64,000 bases of DNA from a bacterium. Its GTDB lineage: Bacteria; Patescibacteriota; Dojkabacteria; B142; OLB20. The notes beneath the pieces were generated by a model. It saw only the letters and a program-made list of their open reading frames with translations. It did no database searches and had not been told where the DNA came from. Where the stretch lies: positions 53,692 through 117,691 of the forward strand of contig JAJTYI010000006.1 of NCBI GenBank assembly GCA_021463645.1, in the 5' to 3' direction. A program made the position numbers and the translations under genes. Of the stretch, positions 54,181 to 63,142 are shown piece by piece. Positions within the stretch are counted from its first letter, which is position 1. The number at the start of each line of letters is the position of its first letter.

Positions 54181-55941
54181 AGGTGTTGTCGGAGTTGGAG
54201 AAGGCTTTGTTCGAGGTGTTTCCGTGGAAGTTGGAATAGGTGTATTCGAAGCCCCTGGAACAGGTGTGTTTGATATCGTTGGAACAGGTGTATTTGAAGG
54301 ACCTGGAGTCGCTTGATCACTTGGAGTTGGTGACAATATAGGTGTTGGAGTACTTGTATGATACACCCCTCCATACTCCACTGCTCCGATGTCTGGGACA
54401 CCGGTCCTAGAATTTTTGAAGAAGTCTTGTGATTTAGCAAGTGACGGAACTTGAGTCTGGCTATTAGGGCTTGAAGTCACCGCCTTATTGATTGCCGGAC
54501 TGTTGGACTTAAGTCGATAGTTGTTAAGGTCTACAGCTGTCCTAAGAGCAGCCATATCGACAGTCGCAGCACCTATAGCAGGAATTGGATACTTTAGTTC
54601 TACAAGAGCATTCTGTAAACCTGCACTGTTTGTATAAATATCTCCAGGACCCTTGACGGAACTTGCAGCCGAAGCTGGCATAATATTATTACGAAAAACA
54701 ATGCTGTCGTTACCACTTAAGGCTGCCTTGACCGTTGCATTTGGATCTTTACTAATATCGAAAATGTTGTTCTCAATAATACCTGTAAATTTGGAATCCG
54801 AACCATCTTTAGCACCAAATACCATGTTAAACAAATCTTTTGTCTCCTTACCAGTAACTAGTGTATTAAAACCGAAATATACATTGGTCGTATTACTCGA
54901 ATAATCCTTGTGATAGCCTGAAAACAAGAAATCATTGTTTAAGATAATATTATTGTAATATGCAGCATTATTGATTCCCGATGCGTAACTTACCCAACGA
55001 GTATCATTTTCATTTCGAGAAGAAATGTGCCAGTTATTTTCCGCTCCGTTTTTCTTTTCCCAATGAGTTCCGGGATTAAGTTGTGACTCAGGCGCCCAGA
55101 AAAGATTATTTCGAACAATCATTCCATCTGCCCAACCATTGTAAAAATTGTTTTTGTTTCCAACTATAATGTTATCTTCAAATAGTAAGTTTCTAGAGCC
55201 AGTCATAGCTATTTCTCCTCTACCCCATGCAATAATGTTACCCCGAACCACCATATCTTCCCCACTCATATGAATACTAATATTTACATTGTAATCATTT
55301 GAGGTATATACAGTGTATTGGTCATTAAAAGAGATTCTGGTCAACTCATTATTTATCATCTGTAAACCCTTCGTTTTTCCGGAGACATAAAAACCAGACA
55401 CAAATGTCCAGTCAATTCGATTATTTAAAAACTTAGAATAATTTACATTTTCTGCAACCAAAACTCCTCGACCGCAGGAGTTTCGCAGAAATAACCCGTC
55501 TACCTCAACATTATCAGCTGAAACCGAGAGCAAAGGAGACCATTTCCCAATATTGGTACACTTAGAATCCCATGCAGAGACAATATTTTTCCATTCTCCA
55601 TTGAGTAAACCGGGTCCAAAACCTCCGTCGATAATCGCTTTGTGTTTGTTTTCCGCTCTCCAAGTGGTATTGGGTTTATTAATATTAAAATATGCGCTAT
55701 AAGTACCGTCTTTCAAGACAACAGTATCTCCAGCAGAAATACTACTCATCGCCTTAGAGATAGTTTTCCATGGAGACGAACTGCTTCCATTATTTGCATC
55801 GTTACCATTTGGGGAAAGGTAATAGACTGTGGCAGCGGAATCATCTTCTGGAGACCACTCTTTATAAAATAAAATACTTGTTGCAATTAATAAAACTATT
55901 CCTGTAACTATAAATGCTATTGTTAAAAACTTTTTTCTCAT
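53935..55941 (-). CDS. Membrane-anchored secreted beta-helix protein with a Pro/Thr linker and C-terminal dockerin-like module
   Basis: A paralog of 49235..51313 and 55960..58041. It shows YKEWSPEDDSAATVYYLSPNGNDANNG, asparagine-ladder rungs, the linker TPTPILSPTPSDQATPGPSNTPVP... and the tail CGKADVDGDGRFSIADF...DVNKDGNLNIADF...SCAL. Confidence 0.7.
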   Translation of the reverse strand: MRKKFLTIAFIVTGIVLLIATSILFYKEWSPEDDSAATVYYLSPNGNDANNGSSSSPWKTISKAMSSISAGDTVVLKDGTYSAYFNINKPNTTWRAENKHKAIIDGGFGPGLLNGEWKNIVSAWDSKCTNIGKWSPLLSVSADNVEVDGLFLRNSCGRGVLVAENVNYSKFLNNRIDWTFVSGFYVSGKTKGLQMINNELTRISFNDQYTVYTSNDYNVNISIHMSGEDMVVRGNIIAWGRGEIAMTGSRNLLFEDNIIVGNKNNFYNGWADGMIVRNNLFWAPESQLNPGTHWEKKNGAENNWHISSRNENDTRWVSYASGINNAAYYNNIILNNDFLFSGYHKDYSSNTTNVYFGFNTLVTGKETKDLFNMVFGAKDGSDSKFTGIIENNIFDISKDPNATVKAALSGNDSIVFRNNIMPASAASSVKGPGDIYTNSAGLQNALVELKYPIPAIGAATVDMAALRTAVDLNNYRLKSNSPAINKAVTSSPNSQTQVPSLAKSQDFFKNSRTGVPDIGAVEYGGVYHTSTPTPILSPTPSDQATPGPSNTPVPTISNTPVPGASNTPIPTSTETPRTKPSPTPTTPITGNICGKADVDGDGRFSIADFAGFAQMYGTGRKTCADKDVDYGPCGGRDVNKDGNLNIADFGGAGIGFAQRYYPKTSCAL
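54233..54304 (-). repeat. Three imperfect 24-nt tandem repeats in the Pro/Thr linker coding region
   Basis: The plus-strand units are ggaataggtgtattcgaagcccct, ggaacaggtgtgtttgatatcgtt and ggaacaggtgtatttgaaggacct. They encode GPSNTPVP, TISNTPVP and GASNTPIP on the minus strand. Confidence 0.7.
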
Positions 55942-55959
55942 AATTTTAATTCTTTGATT

Positions 55960-56205
55960 TTATAAAGTACAGCTTAATTTCGGATAATACCTCTGTGCAA
56001 AACCAATTCCTGCTCCTCCAAAGTCTGCAATATTTAGCTTTCCATCTTTATTCGCATCTCTTCCACCACATGGTCCATAGTCCACATCTTTATCAGCACA
56101 GGTGTTCGTGCCCATACCATATGCTTTCGCAAATTCTGCAAAATCAGCAATACTAAATCTTCCATCACCATCAATGTCAGCTTTTCCACAAACATTTCCC
56201 GTTAT
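55960..56205 (-). repeat. Dockerin-like module copy 3
   Basis: It encodes NVCGKADIDGDGRFSIADFAEFAKAYGMGTNTCADKDVDYGPCGGRDANKDGKLNIADFGGAGIGFAQRYYPKLSCTL. Confidence 0.75.
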
Positions 56206-58041
56206 AGGTGGTGTTGGTGTAGCACTTGGTATTGGCGTCTGAGTGTTTGTTACCACTGGTGTTGAACTTGGCGTAGGAGAAGGTCCAGGTGTTCGTGTCA
56301 ATGTTGGGGTTAGTGATGGTCCTTGCGTTGGAGTAGGTGTTGCTGATTGAATTGGAGTTGGCGTACTTGTATGATAGACTCCTCCAAATTCAATTGCTCC
56401 TATGTCAGGAATTCCTGCCCTTGTATTTTTTAAGAAATCTTGCGATCTTACCAATTGGGGAATATTTGTATTATTTGCACCAGCACCAGTTGACCCTGCA
56501 TTAATAACCGGGCTATTTTGTTTGGGTCTATAATTATTGATATCAACCGTTGCTCTTAAAGCAGCTATGTCCAGCGTATCAGGTCCAATATTGGGATACT
56601 TAATACCTAGTTCAATTAGTGAATTAACCAATCCTGGATCATTTGAATAAACATCTCCGGATCCTTTTGCAGAGTTATCGATATTTGTCGGTAGAAGGTT
56701 ATTTCGGCGAAGAAATTCATCATTTCCACTTAAACCAACAGATATTTTTGCAGTTGGGTTTTTTCTTCTATCAAATATATTATTCTCCATTATACCCGTT
56801 AATTTCCCATCTCCTCCAGTCATAGCACCATGTTGAACAGACAATAGAGTATCAAGTTCTTTTCCTGCCACCAAAGTATTGTTCCCAAAATATATTTGGA
56901 AATTATTACCAATGTGTCCATTGTTTGTTCCTGTAATGAAAAATCCCATATTTACAATCAAGTTATTATATATCGCAATATTTGTGTTCATTGTAGTCGC
57001 AGTTTTCAAATGTCCTTTTTCATTACGAAGACCAAACCTCCAGAAACCTGTTGCTTCAGATTCTTCATCTCCTCCAGCCTTTGGCTTCTTTTCCTCAGGA
57101 GCATAGAATGTATTGTTTCGGGCTATTGCATCCTGTACCATACCAGCATAAAAGCTGTTTTTATTTCCTACAACAACATTGTTCTCAAAAAGGAATCCTT
57201 TAGTTCCTGGCTGGGGTGCCAGCTCTCCTTCCCCCCATGCAAACACATTCCCCCTTATGATTGAATTCACTCCACCAAAAGAGGCACTAATATTGACACA
57301 ATACTTTTTAATCTTTTCGTTCTCAGGAGTCGTTTTCGGCTGACAAGCACCTGCCACCCTGACATTATATTCGTCACCTATAGATGTTCTTGTCATAACG
57401 TTATCAATAAATTGAAAATTATTCATTTTTGTTTGAAATACATCTTTTTGACTGAAAGCCGGCTCTGCATATATACCCGAAGTCGTTGTCCAGTCAATCA
57501 TAGAATTCTTTACAGTAATATTATTTATTGTTTCACTCCCAGTACTAGTTGAGATCCCTAAACCTCTACCACAAGAATTTCGAATAAAAAGCCCATCTAT
57601 CGTTACATTGTCAGCATCTCTAATAGCTAGTAGTGCCGCAAACATACCCTTGTTTGAACACTTAGTATTCCAAAGTGAAACAATATTATTCCAGTTATTG
57701 TTCAACATACCTGGGGCAAATCCACCATCAATTACAGCCTTATGTTTATTTTCAGCTCTCCAAGTGACATTCGATTTTTTCAAAGTAACATAACCCGAAT
57801 AGGTCCCATCCTTTAGGATTACAGTATCGCCGGGTGAAACGGTGGCATCTGCCTTTGTCAGGGTTTTCCAGGGACTTGCACTAGTGCCGATATTGTTATC
57901 AGAACCATTTGGTGATAGATAGTAAATCGTAGCTGCGCTATCGTCTTGTGGTACCCTATCCTGATAAAACAAGAATGCGGTGATTGCCAACAAAAAAATA
58001 CCTAAGGAAAATAATCCTAAAACTACAGCTTTTTCTCTCAT
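55960..58041 (-). CDS. Membrane-anchored secreted beta-helix protein with a Pro/Thr linker and C-terminal dockerin-like module
   Basis: A paralog of the two above. It shows YQDRVPQDDSAATIYYLSPNGSDNNIG, beta-helix rungs, the linker TPTPIQSATPTPTQGPSLTPTLT... and the tail CGKADIDGDGRFSIADF...DANKDGKLNIADF...SCTL. Confidence 0.7.
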   Translation of the reverse strand: MREKAVVLGLFSLGIFLLAITAFLFYQDRVPQDDSAATIYYLSPNGSDNNIGTSASPWKTLTKADATVSPGDTVILKDGTYSGYVTLKKSNVTWRAENKHKAVIDGGFAPGMLNNNWNNIVSLWNTKCSNKGMFAALLAIRDADNVTIDGLFIRNSCGRGLGISTSTGSETINNITVKNSMIDWTTTSGIYAEPAFSQKDVFQTKMNNFQFIDNVMTRTSIGDEYNVRVAGACQPKTTPENEKIKKYCVNISASFGGVNSIIRGNVFAWGEGELAPQPGTKGFLFENNVVVGNKNSFYAGMVQDAIARNNTFYAPEEKKPKAGGDEESEATGFWRFGLRNEKGHLKTATTMNTNIAIYNNLIVNMGFFITGTNNGHIGNNFQIYFGNNTLVAGKELDTLLSVQHGAMTGGDGKLTGIMENNIFDRRKNPTAKISVGLSGNDEFLRRNNLLPTNIDNSAKGSGDVYSNDPGLVNSLIELGIKYPNIGPDTLDIAALRATVDINNYRPKQNSPVINAGSTGAGANNTNIPQLVRSQDFLKNTRAGIPDIGAIEFGGVYHTSTPTPIQSATPTPTQGPSLTPTLTRTPGPSPTPSSTPVVTNTQTPIPSATPTPPITGNVCGKADIDGDGRFSIADFAEFAKAYGMGTNTCADKDVDYGPCGGRDANKDGKLNIADFGGAGIGFAQRYYPKLSCTL

Positions 58042-58124
58042 CTGATAATCTGTGAATATATTCAGTTTATTCTAATTACAAGAAATCTTCAAATCTTATG
58101 CATCATTCGTTTGAGCACGATTTT

Positions 58125-58349
58125 TTACAATGAACAGCTCGGTGCTGGATAGTATCGCTGAGCAAATGCTGAAAAATCAGCAATAGAGACTTTTCCATCA
58201 TTATCTCTATCTATCCCACCGCAAGGTCCATGATTTACACCTCTGTCTGAACAAGTACTTTTGTATTTTCTTGCAAAATTAGAGAAGTCATACAAATCAA
58301 ATCTTCCATTACTATCCAAATCTGCTGGACCGCATACAATTGCATTAAT
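58125..58349 (-). repeat. Dockerin-like module copy 4 (more diverged)
   Basis: It encodes IVCGPADLDSNGRFDLYDFSNFARKYKSTCSDRGVNHGPCGGIDRDNDGKVSIADFSAFAQRYYPAPSCSL. It keeps the same four Cys, both Ca-loop-like segments and the same YYP..SC.L ending. Confidence 0.7.
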
Positions 58350-60452
58350 ATTCGTGGGTGTAACCGTGGATGGTGTCACAGAAATACTTGGTCGTGCTGT
58401 AGGAGTAGTTGATGTAACCGGTCTGTTAGTTGGACTAACTGAAACACTTGGACTCACTACAGGACTAGAAACAGGGGTGCTAGGCCTTGGTGTTGGGGTA
58501 TTGGAGGGGGTTGTACCTCCAGTCTGCTGAGCCTTTACCATTGCACTGTGAGCATTGATTCTTTTTCCTGTTAAAATTTTTCCAGAGAGCGCAGGTAATG
58601 GATCACCTGTTTCCAAAATAATATTTTGCACTTGTGTGGTAGTTAAGTTTGGTTTATAACCCCAAATTAAACCAGCCAATCCGACGACGTGGGGAGTAGC
58701 CATAGAAGTTCCTTGAAAAAATTCGTATTTATTACTCATTCCATCAGAATAATGAGTAATATTTAAATCCTCGATGAAACAGCCTATGTATACGTTATCG
58801 GCTGCATTTGTATTCCATACAAACCGTAGTCTCATATTCTCAGTTAAGAATTTTTGAGGTATTGGTACACTATCAAAATAATATTGAGCTACACCACTCT
58901 CGAGTGTATCCCCAGTTAATGCATCTAAAACATGTTCGTTCCATTTAAAGGAAAAAGTCGGAAAACCTGGAAAAGGAATGGACTCGAAGTTGATACCATC
59001 CGCGCTCATTTTTAATTCAATATTATCCCATGGTTCAACAGAATCATATTCTGTGTCACACAAAGCAAAAAAACTTATAGAAGCATTATTCTTTTTCAGG
59101 TTTGCTTTTGGAGATGTAATATAATTATTCGCTAAGTTTGTATATGGCGGTGAAACAGTCTCCGTTTTTAATAGATTACCAATTTCCTCATCAAGATAAA
59201 AAGTCCCCCACTTAGGGTTTGTACCTCCTGGTGTCCATCCTGTCGGCAAAGCAGGTGCTTGTGCATTATTAAAATTTTCATCTAATATTTTCTCATGGGA
59301 TACACTACTGTATATCGATGTACCAGGTGCAGCTACATCTACATGTTTCGTCCCAAAGTCAGAGAATTCTGCCATTTCATCATTTTGGTCTGTAGCAGCT
59401 ACACAGATTAAATTTGCAGAATCAAAATCACACGGATAACTGTTTAAAATGCCATGATCTTTATTGGAATTTCCCGCAGCAGCGATAAACAATCCTGGGA
59501 AAGCCTCGATAGCCTGCTTCATTGCATAATCATAACCAAAACCACCGAAACTGGCATTAATTACTTTCGCACCATTGTATCTGGCAAAATTAATTGATTT
59601 AATCACACTAATTGAAGTCAATTCTGTCTTTATTGCCATAATTTTTGCTTTTGGGGCAACCCCTACAATCCCATAATTGTTATTCTTGGCGGCAGCAATT
59701 GTCCCTGCAATATGAGTACCGTGTGAAGAATTAGTAGGCAACGGAATTTTATCGTTATCTTCAAAATCATAACCATGCATACATCCACCTAAAGTTTGAT
59801 TGTTTTCGTTCTTACAATTCTGTCCATTCCACATATTTGCCTTTAAGTCGGGGTGGTTATAGGCAACACCTGTGTCTATAACTGCGACAACAATTTCACC
59901 ATTAGTCCCTTCATTCACTGCCCAAGCTTCAGGTGCATCGATGTCTGCATCAGCAACTGATGTGTTTCCATCTACGACCTGACCAGAGTTATGTAGACCC
60001 CAAAGCTTGTCTTTATCGGGATCGTTTGTGTTTATTGAAGCATACCTGTAGATATAGTTAGGCTGAACGAATTCAACATTCTCATCTGATTTCATTTCGT
60101 TAATAATCTCATCAACATTTCTATCAGTTCTAAAGAGTTGCACATTTGAGGATAAATCAGCGTCAACATCTCTAACTTCATGCTTATTCATAAACATCCA
60201 CAGCTTAGGAGCAACCAAGGAAGATTGTAGGTTAATTTTTTCTTTTTTATACTTAACAATAAATTCTCCAGGTACAACATTTAGGTCTGTATCCTCCGAA
60301 ATAGATTCTGTTGGAGCTTTTGCATTAACATCGTCGGTACCTGCACTATAGTTCCCAGGTGAGAAATCTCTAAATATAAAATAAGTCGCAACACCTACTA
60401 CTAAAACGAGAAATAGGCCTAGGGAGAACATTATGCGAACTGCTGTTTTCAT
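58125..60452 (-). CDS. Membrane-anchored secreted subtilisin-like serine protease (S8) with a Pro/Thr/Ser linker and C-terminal dockerin-like module
   Basis: Triad motifs are IVVAVIDTGVAYNHPDL (Asp), SHGTHIAGTIAA (His) and GTSMATPHVVGLAGLIW (Ser). The linker is TTPSNTPTPRPSTPVSSPVVSPS... and the tail is CGPADLDSNGRFDLYDF...DRDNDGKVSIADF...SCSL. Confidence 0.85.
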   Translation of the reverse strand: MKTAVRIMFSLGLFLVLVVGVATYFIFRDFSPGNYSAGTDDVNAKAPTESISEDTDLNVVPGEFIVKYKKEKINLQSSLVAPKLWMFMNKHEVRDVDADLSSNVQLFRTDRNVDEIINEMKSDENVEFVQPNYIYRYASINTNDPDKDKLWGLHNSGQVVDGNTSVADADIDAPEAWAVNEGTNGEIVVAVIDTGVAYNHPDLKANMWNGQNCKNENNQTLGGCMHGYDFEDNDKIPLPTNSSHGTHIAGTIAAAKNNNYGIVGVAPKAKIMAIKTELTSISVIKSINFARYNGAKVINASFGGFGYDYAMKQAIEAFPGLFIAAAGNSNKDHGILNSYPCDFDSANLICVAATDQNDEMAEFSDFGTKHVDVAAPGTSIYSSVSHEKILDENFNNAQAPALPTGWTPGGTNPKWGTFYLDEEIGNLLKTETVSPPYTNLANNYITSPKANLKKNNASISFFALCDTEYDSVEPWDNIELKMSADGINFESIPFPGFPTFSFKWNEHVLDALTGDTLESGVAQYYFDSVPIPQKFLTENMRLRFVWNTNAADNVYIGCFIEDLNITHYSDGMSNKYEFFQGTSMATPHVVGLAGLIWGYKPNLTTTQVQNIILETGDPLPALSGKILTGKRINAHSAMVKAQQTGGTTPSNTPTPRPSTPVSSPVVSPSVSVSPTNRPVTSTTPTARPSISVTPSTVTPTNINAIVCGPADLDSNGRFDLYDFSNFARKYKSTCSDRGVNHGPCGGIDRDNDGKVSIADFSAFAQRYYPAPSCSL

Positions 60453-60567
60453 AAAAGTTTATTAATATTATTAACCTATAAATGTATCTTAAAATTAAGG
60501 TTATGACAATTAATACTATCAAGATAACCATAGGTTTTTTAATTTATTGGTATGTTAAAATTGATCT

Positions 60568-60966
60568 ATGAAGATACTATCAATCGATCACGGAAACAAA
60601 AGACTTGGCATTGCTATCTCTGATGAGCTTGGAATTTCTGCCCAAGCATTACCAACTATCCAGGTAAACAACGAAGATTTCGCTATTAAACAAATTGTTA
60701 AATTATTAGACGAACACAACTGTGACACAGTTTTGATAGGAGTTCCTATTGGGTTTGAAGGAAAAGATTCTAGCCAGACGAAAATAGTTAGAGAATTTAT
60801 TAATAAACTAAAGTCTCAAATTCAATCACCAATTATAGAATGGGACGAAACATACTCCTCAAAAACTGCATCTAGGAACATCAAGGGGAAGAAAAAACGA
60901 AACCTTGATAGCGAATCGGCCAAGGTAATACTGCTTGAATACTTGAGGTCCCAGTCTCCAGATTGA
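60568..60966 (+). CDS. ruvX: Holliday junction resolvase-like pre-16S rRNA nuclease RuvX (YqgF)
   Basis: ILSIDHGNKRLGIAISD, VLIGVPIG and WDETYSSKTA...DSESAKVILLEYL match the YqgF family pattern. Confidence 0.8.
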   Translation: MKILSIDHGNKRLGIAISDELGISAQALPTIQVNNEDFAIKQIVKLLDEHNCDTVLIGVPIGFEGKDSSQTKIVREFINKLKSQIQSPIIEWDETYSSKTASRNIKGKKKRNLDSESAKVILLEYLRSQSPD

Positions 60967-61015
60967 CCACATAATCCACAACCGATACAATAACTCATCT
61001 CTTAATAAAACAAAT

Positions 61016-62080
61016 ATGTCAAAAATCATAATATTTTTACTTTTACTTTTATCGTTAGGGGTAATCGGCGGAATCCTAGGTTTTTCTTATTACAAAAGTT
61101 CGCTTGATAATAGCTTTGGTTTGGAAGAAGATAAAATTTTCACTATCGAAGCTGGGGACAGTGTTGAAAAGATTTTAGATAACCTTGAGAAGGAAGGCAT
61201 CCTGAAAAATAAACAATTATTTTTAATTTATCTAAAGCTTAACTCGGAAGAAGCTGCGAATTTTAAAGCAGGTAAATTTATTATAGAAAAAGACTCGAAT
61301 CTACTTGAGCTTACAAAAACTTTCCAAGATGCCTCCACCAACAGAGATGATATTGCGGTATTAATTCAAGAAGGGCTTCGTTACGACGAAATCGCAGATA
61401 TATTAGAAGAAGCATACTCCGAAGTTCCAGAAAGTAAATTTCTTGCATCGGAGTACATTTCAATTTCGGAGAATCCAGATGATTATAAATTCACGCAAAA
61501 TATTGCAACATTCCTAGCCGACTACAAACCTGCCAATAAAAATCTCGAAGGCTTTTTATACCCAGAGACGTATTATTTCTCTAAGACTGCAACAGCTAAA
61601 GACGTAATTGAGAAACAAATTTTGACCCTCTCGGAGAAAATTTCCGCTGATGATTACAAAGAAATTGAAAATAATGATTACACATTTTACGAACACCTTG
61701 TAATTGCAAGCATGATTGAGAGAGAAGCATTTTCTTCGGACGAAAAAGGCGACATTGCAGATGTAATTTTCAAAAGACTAGAAAATGGAATTCAAGGAGT
61801 AAAATTATTACAAATTGATGCAACTTTGCTCTACCAAGCAAAAGATTGGAAAGCAAACCCCTTTTTAATAAAAGAGGTAGATGGACCATACAATACATAC
61901 AAAAGGACAGGTTTACCACCAACCCCAATTTCAAATCCTGGTATTGACTCGCTTCGTGCCTCACTATATCCTAATAGTAATAATTACTATTTCTATCTTC
62001 ACGATTCTGACGGAAATATTCATTTTGCAGAAGATTCATCAGAGCATAACGCTAACGTGAGGAAATACATAAATAATTGA
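61016..62080 (+). CDS. mltG: Endolytic murein transglycosylase MltG (YceG-like)
   Basis: An N-terminal TM anchor, LEGFLYPETYYF, ASMIEREA and YNTYKRTGLPPTPISNPG motifs. Confidence 0.85.
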   Translation: MSKIIIFLLLLLSLGVIGGILGFSYYKSSLDNSFGLEEDKIFTIEAGDSVEKILDNLEKEGILKNKQLFLIYLKLNSEEAANFKAGKFIIEKDSNLLELTKTFQDASTNRDDIAVLIQEGLRYDEIADILEEAYSEVPESKFLASEYISISENPDDYKFTQNIATFLADYKPANKNLEGFLYPETYYFSKTATAKDVIEKQILTLSEKISADDYKEIENNDYTFYEHLVIASMIEREAFSSDEKGDIADVIFKRLENGIQGVKLLQIDATLLYQAKDWKANPFLIKEVDGPYNTYKRTGLPPTPISNPGIDSLRASLYPNSNNYYFYLHDSDGNIHFAEDSSEHNANVRKYINN

Positions 62081-62439
62081 TGAAACTAAAGAAAAAGCTT
62101 GGAAAATTGAAATTCGAATTAAATCTTACTCGTTTCCAAGTATTTGGCGTTATTACTTGGATTTTTTTAATACTGGTTTTACCTATTTCAATAGATTTGT
62201 ATTCTAAATATAACGCTACCGAAGCTAATGGTTCGACACAAACACAAAACAGAGTTGCTGGAGCAGCAACAGAAAGTGATAATCCATTCACATATACAGT
62301 TAATCTAGAAGACAAAAAAGAACTCGTCTCCATCCTAACATTGGTTTTTGGTGGTATTTCTGCTGTGATAGCATTGGTCAGCCTCGTTATACTATTCAAA
62401 GAGAATAAAAAAGAGAGCACAGGTGTATTTATCAACTAG
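62077..62439 (+). CDS. Small membrane protein (two hydrophobic helices)
   Basis: 120 aa with an ATGA start/stop overlap with mltG. One TM helix sits near each end. No motif was recognised. Confidence 0.4.
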   Translation: MMKLKKKLGKLKFELNLTRFQVFGVITWIFLILVLPISIDLYSKYNATEANGSTQTQNRVAGAATESDNPFTYTVNLEDKKELVSILTLVFGGISAVIALVSLVILFKENKKESTGVFIN

Positions 62440-62698
62440 AAAAATCCATCATTATATTGAAGCAACCGTCAGCTCCGTAGAGCCGATGGATACTTTTATC
62501 TTGGTAAGGTTTGGGAAGCGTCATTCCGCGAAACCTCCAATTGATTGTTTATTAAAAGAAGAACAAGAAGTACAAATCACAATAGATTTTTACAGGCAGA
62601 CACTTACAAGCATTGCGTCGGAAGCGTGTTCAAGATGTCCGTTAAAAGGGAATGTGTGTAGATATGGGGTTGACGGTTATAAAAATAAACCTCTATGA
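62423..62698 (+). CDS. Small Cys-containing hypothetical protein (paralog of 62858..63091); start uncertain
   Basis: It shares ATVSSVEP.DTF / TVSSVLDHTDF, C.LKE and C.(R/K)CP segments with the next small ORF. The proposed GTG start overlaps the upstream gene by 17 nt. Confidence 0.3.
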   Translation: MYLSTRKIHHYIEATVSSVEPMDTFILVRFGKRHSAKPPIDCLLKEEQEVQITIDFYRQTLTSIASEACSRCPLKGNVCRYGVDGYKNKPL

Positions 62699-62857
62699 AT
62701 CTACTGTAACTTCAGCCTCCGATTGACCATTTGACAACATTGATGTATTATCGCAAATAATAATGGCAAGTATCTATACAGTAGGTTCTCTACAATCTAA
62801 CCCAAATACTGGGGTAGATGGGATAGTTTAATAAATTAATATTTTTCAATTAATAAT

Positions 62858-63091
62858 ATGAATCACGACACCTTAACAGTTTCTTCAGTTCTTGATCACA
62901 CTGATTTCACTAGGATTGAATTCGCTGGAGTTGATAGCGTTGCCACAACAGCAAGTGGTTGCGAATTAAAAGAAGGTGACAGAGTAAATGTAGCATCACC
63001 AATAAAACCTGTCATTATTCGATTAACATCCGGTGTATGTGTTAAATGCCCAATTGCATGCACTGTTGGTGGTGCACATATAAAGAAATAG
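62858..63091 (+). CDS. Small Cys-containing hypothetical protein (paralog of 62423..62698)
   Basis: 77 aa with an ATG start. Its cysteines are at GCELKEG and CVKCPIAC. Confidence 0.35.
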   Translation: MNHDTLTVSSVLDHTDFTRIEFAGVDSVATTASGCELKEGDRVNVASPIKPVIIRLTSGVCVKCPIACTVGGAHIKK

Positions 63092-63142
63092 TGTTGATAT
63101 ATCCTGGAAGTATAATGGAATAAATATTTGTAAATAATATTT

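Noticed and set aside
54057-54440. A 127-aa same-strand alternative-frame ORF with repeated HLFQ units lies inside the 53935..55941 gene.
   Set aside because: It is an artefact of the 24-nt tandem repeats and Pro/Thr linker read out of frame. The main frame has conserved paralogs.
58053-58064. A perfect 12-bp palindrome (TGAATATATTCA) lies 12 nt upstream of the start of the 55960..58041 gene.
   Set aside because: Short AT-rich palindromes are expected by chance in this composition. It is not repeated upstream of the paralogous genes.
62763-62831. A 22-codon ORF (MASIYTVGSLQSNPNTGVDGIV) lies between the two small Cys-protein genes.
   Set aside because: It is too short to support without conservation or expression data, and it has no motif.
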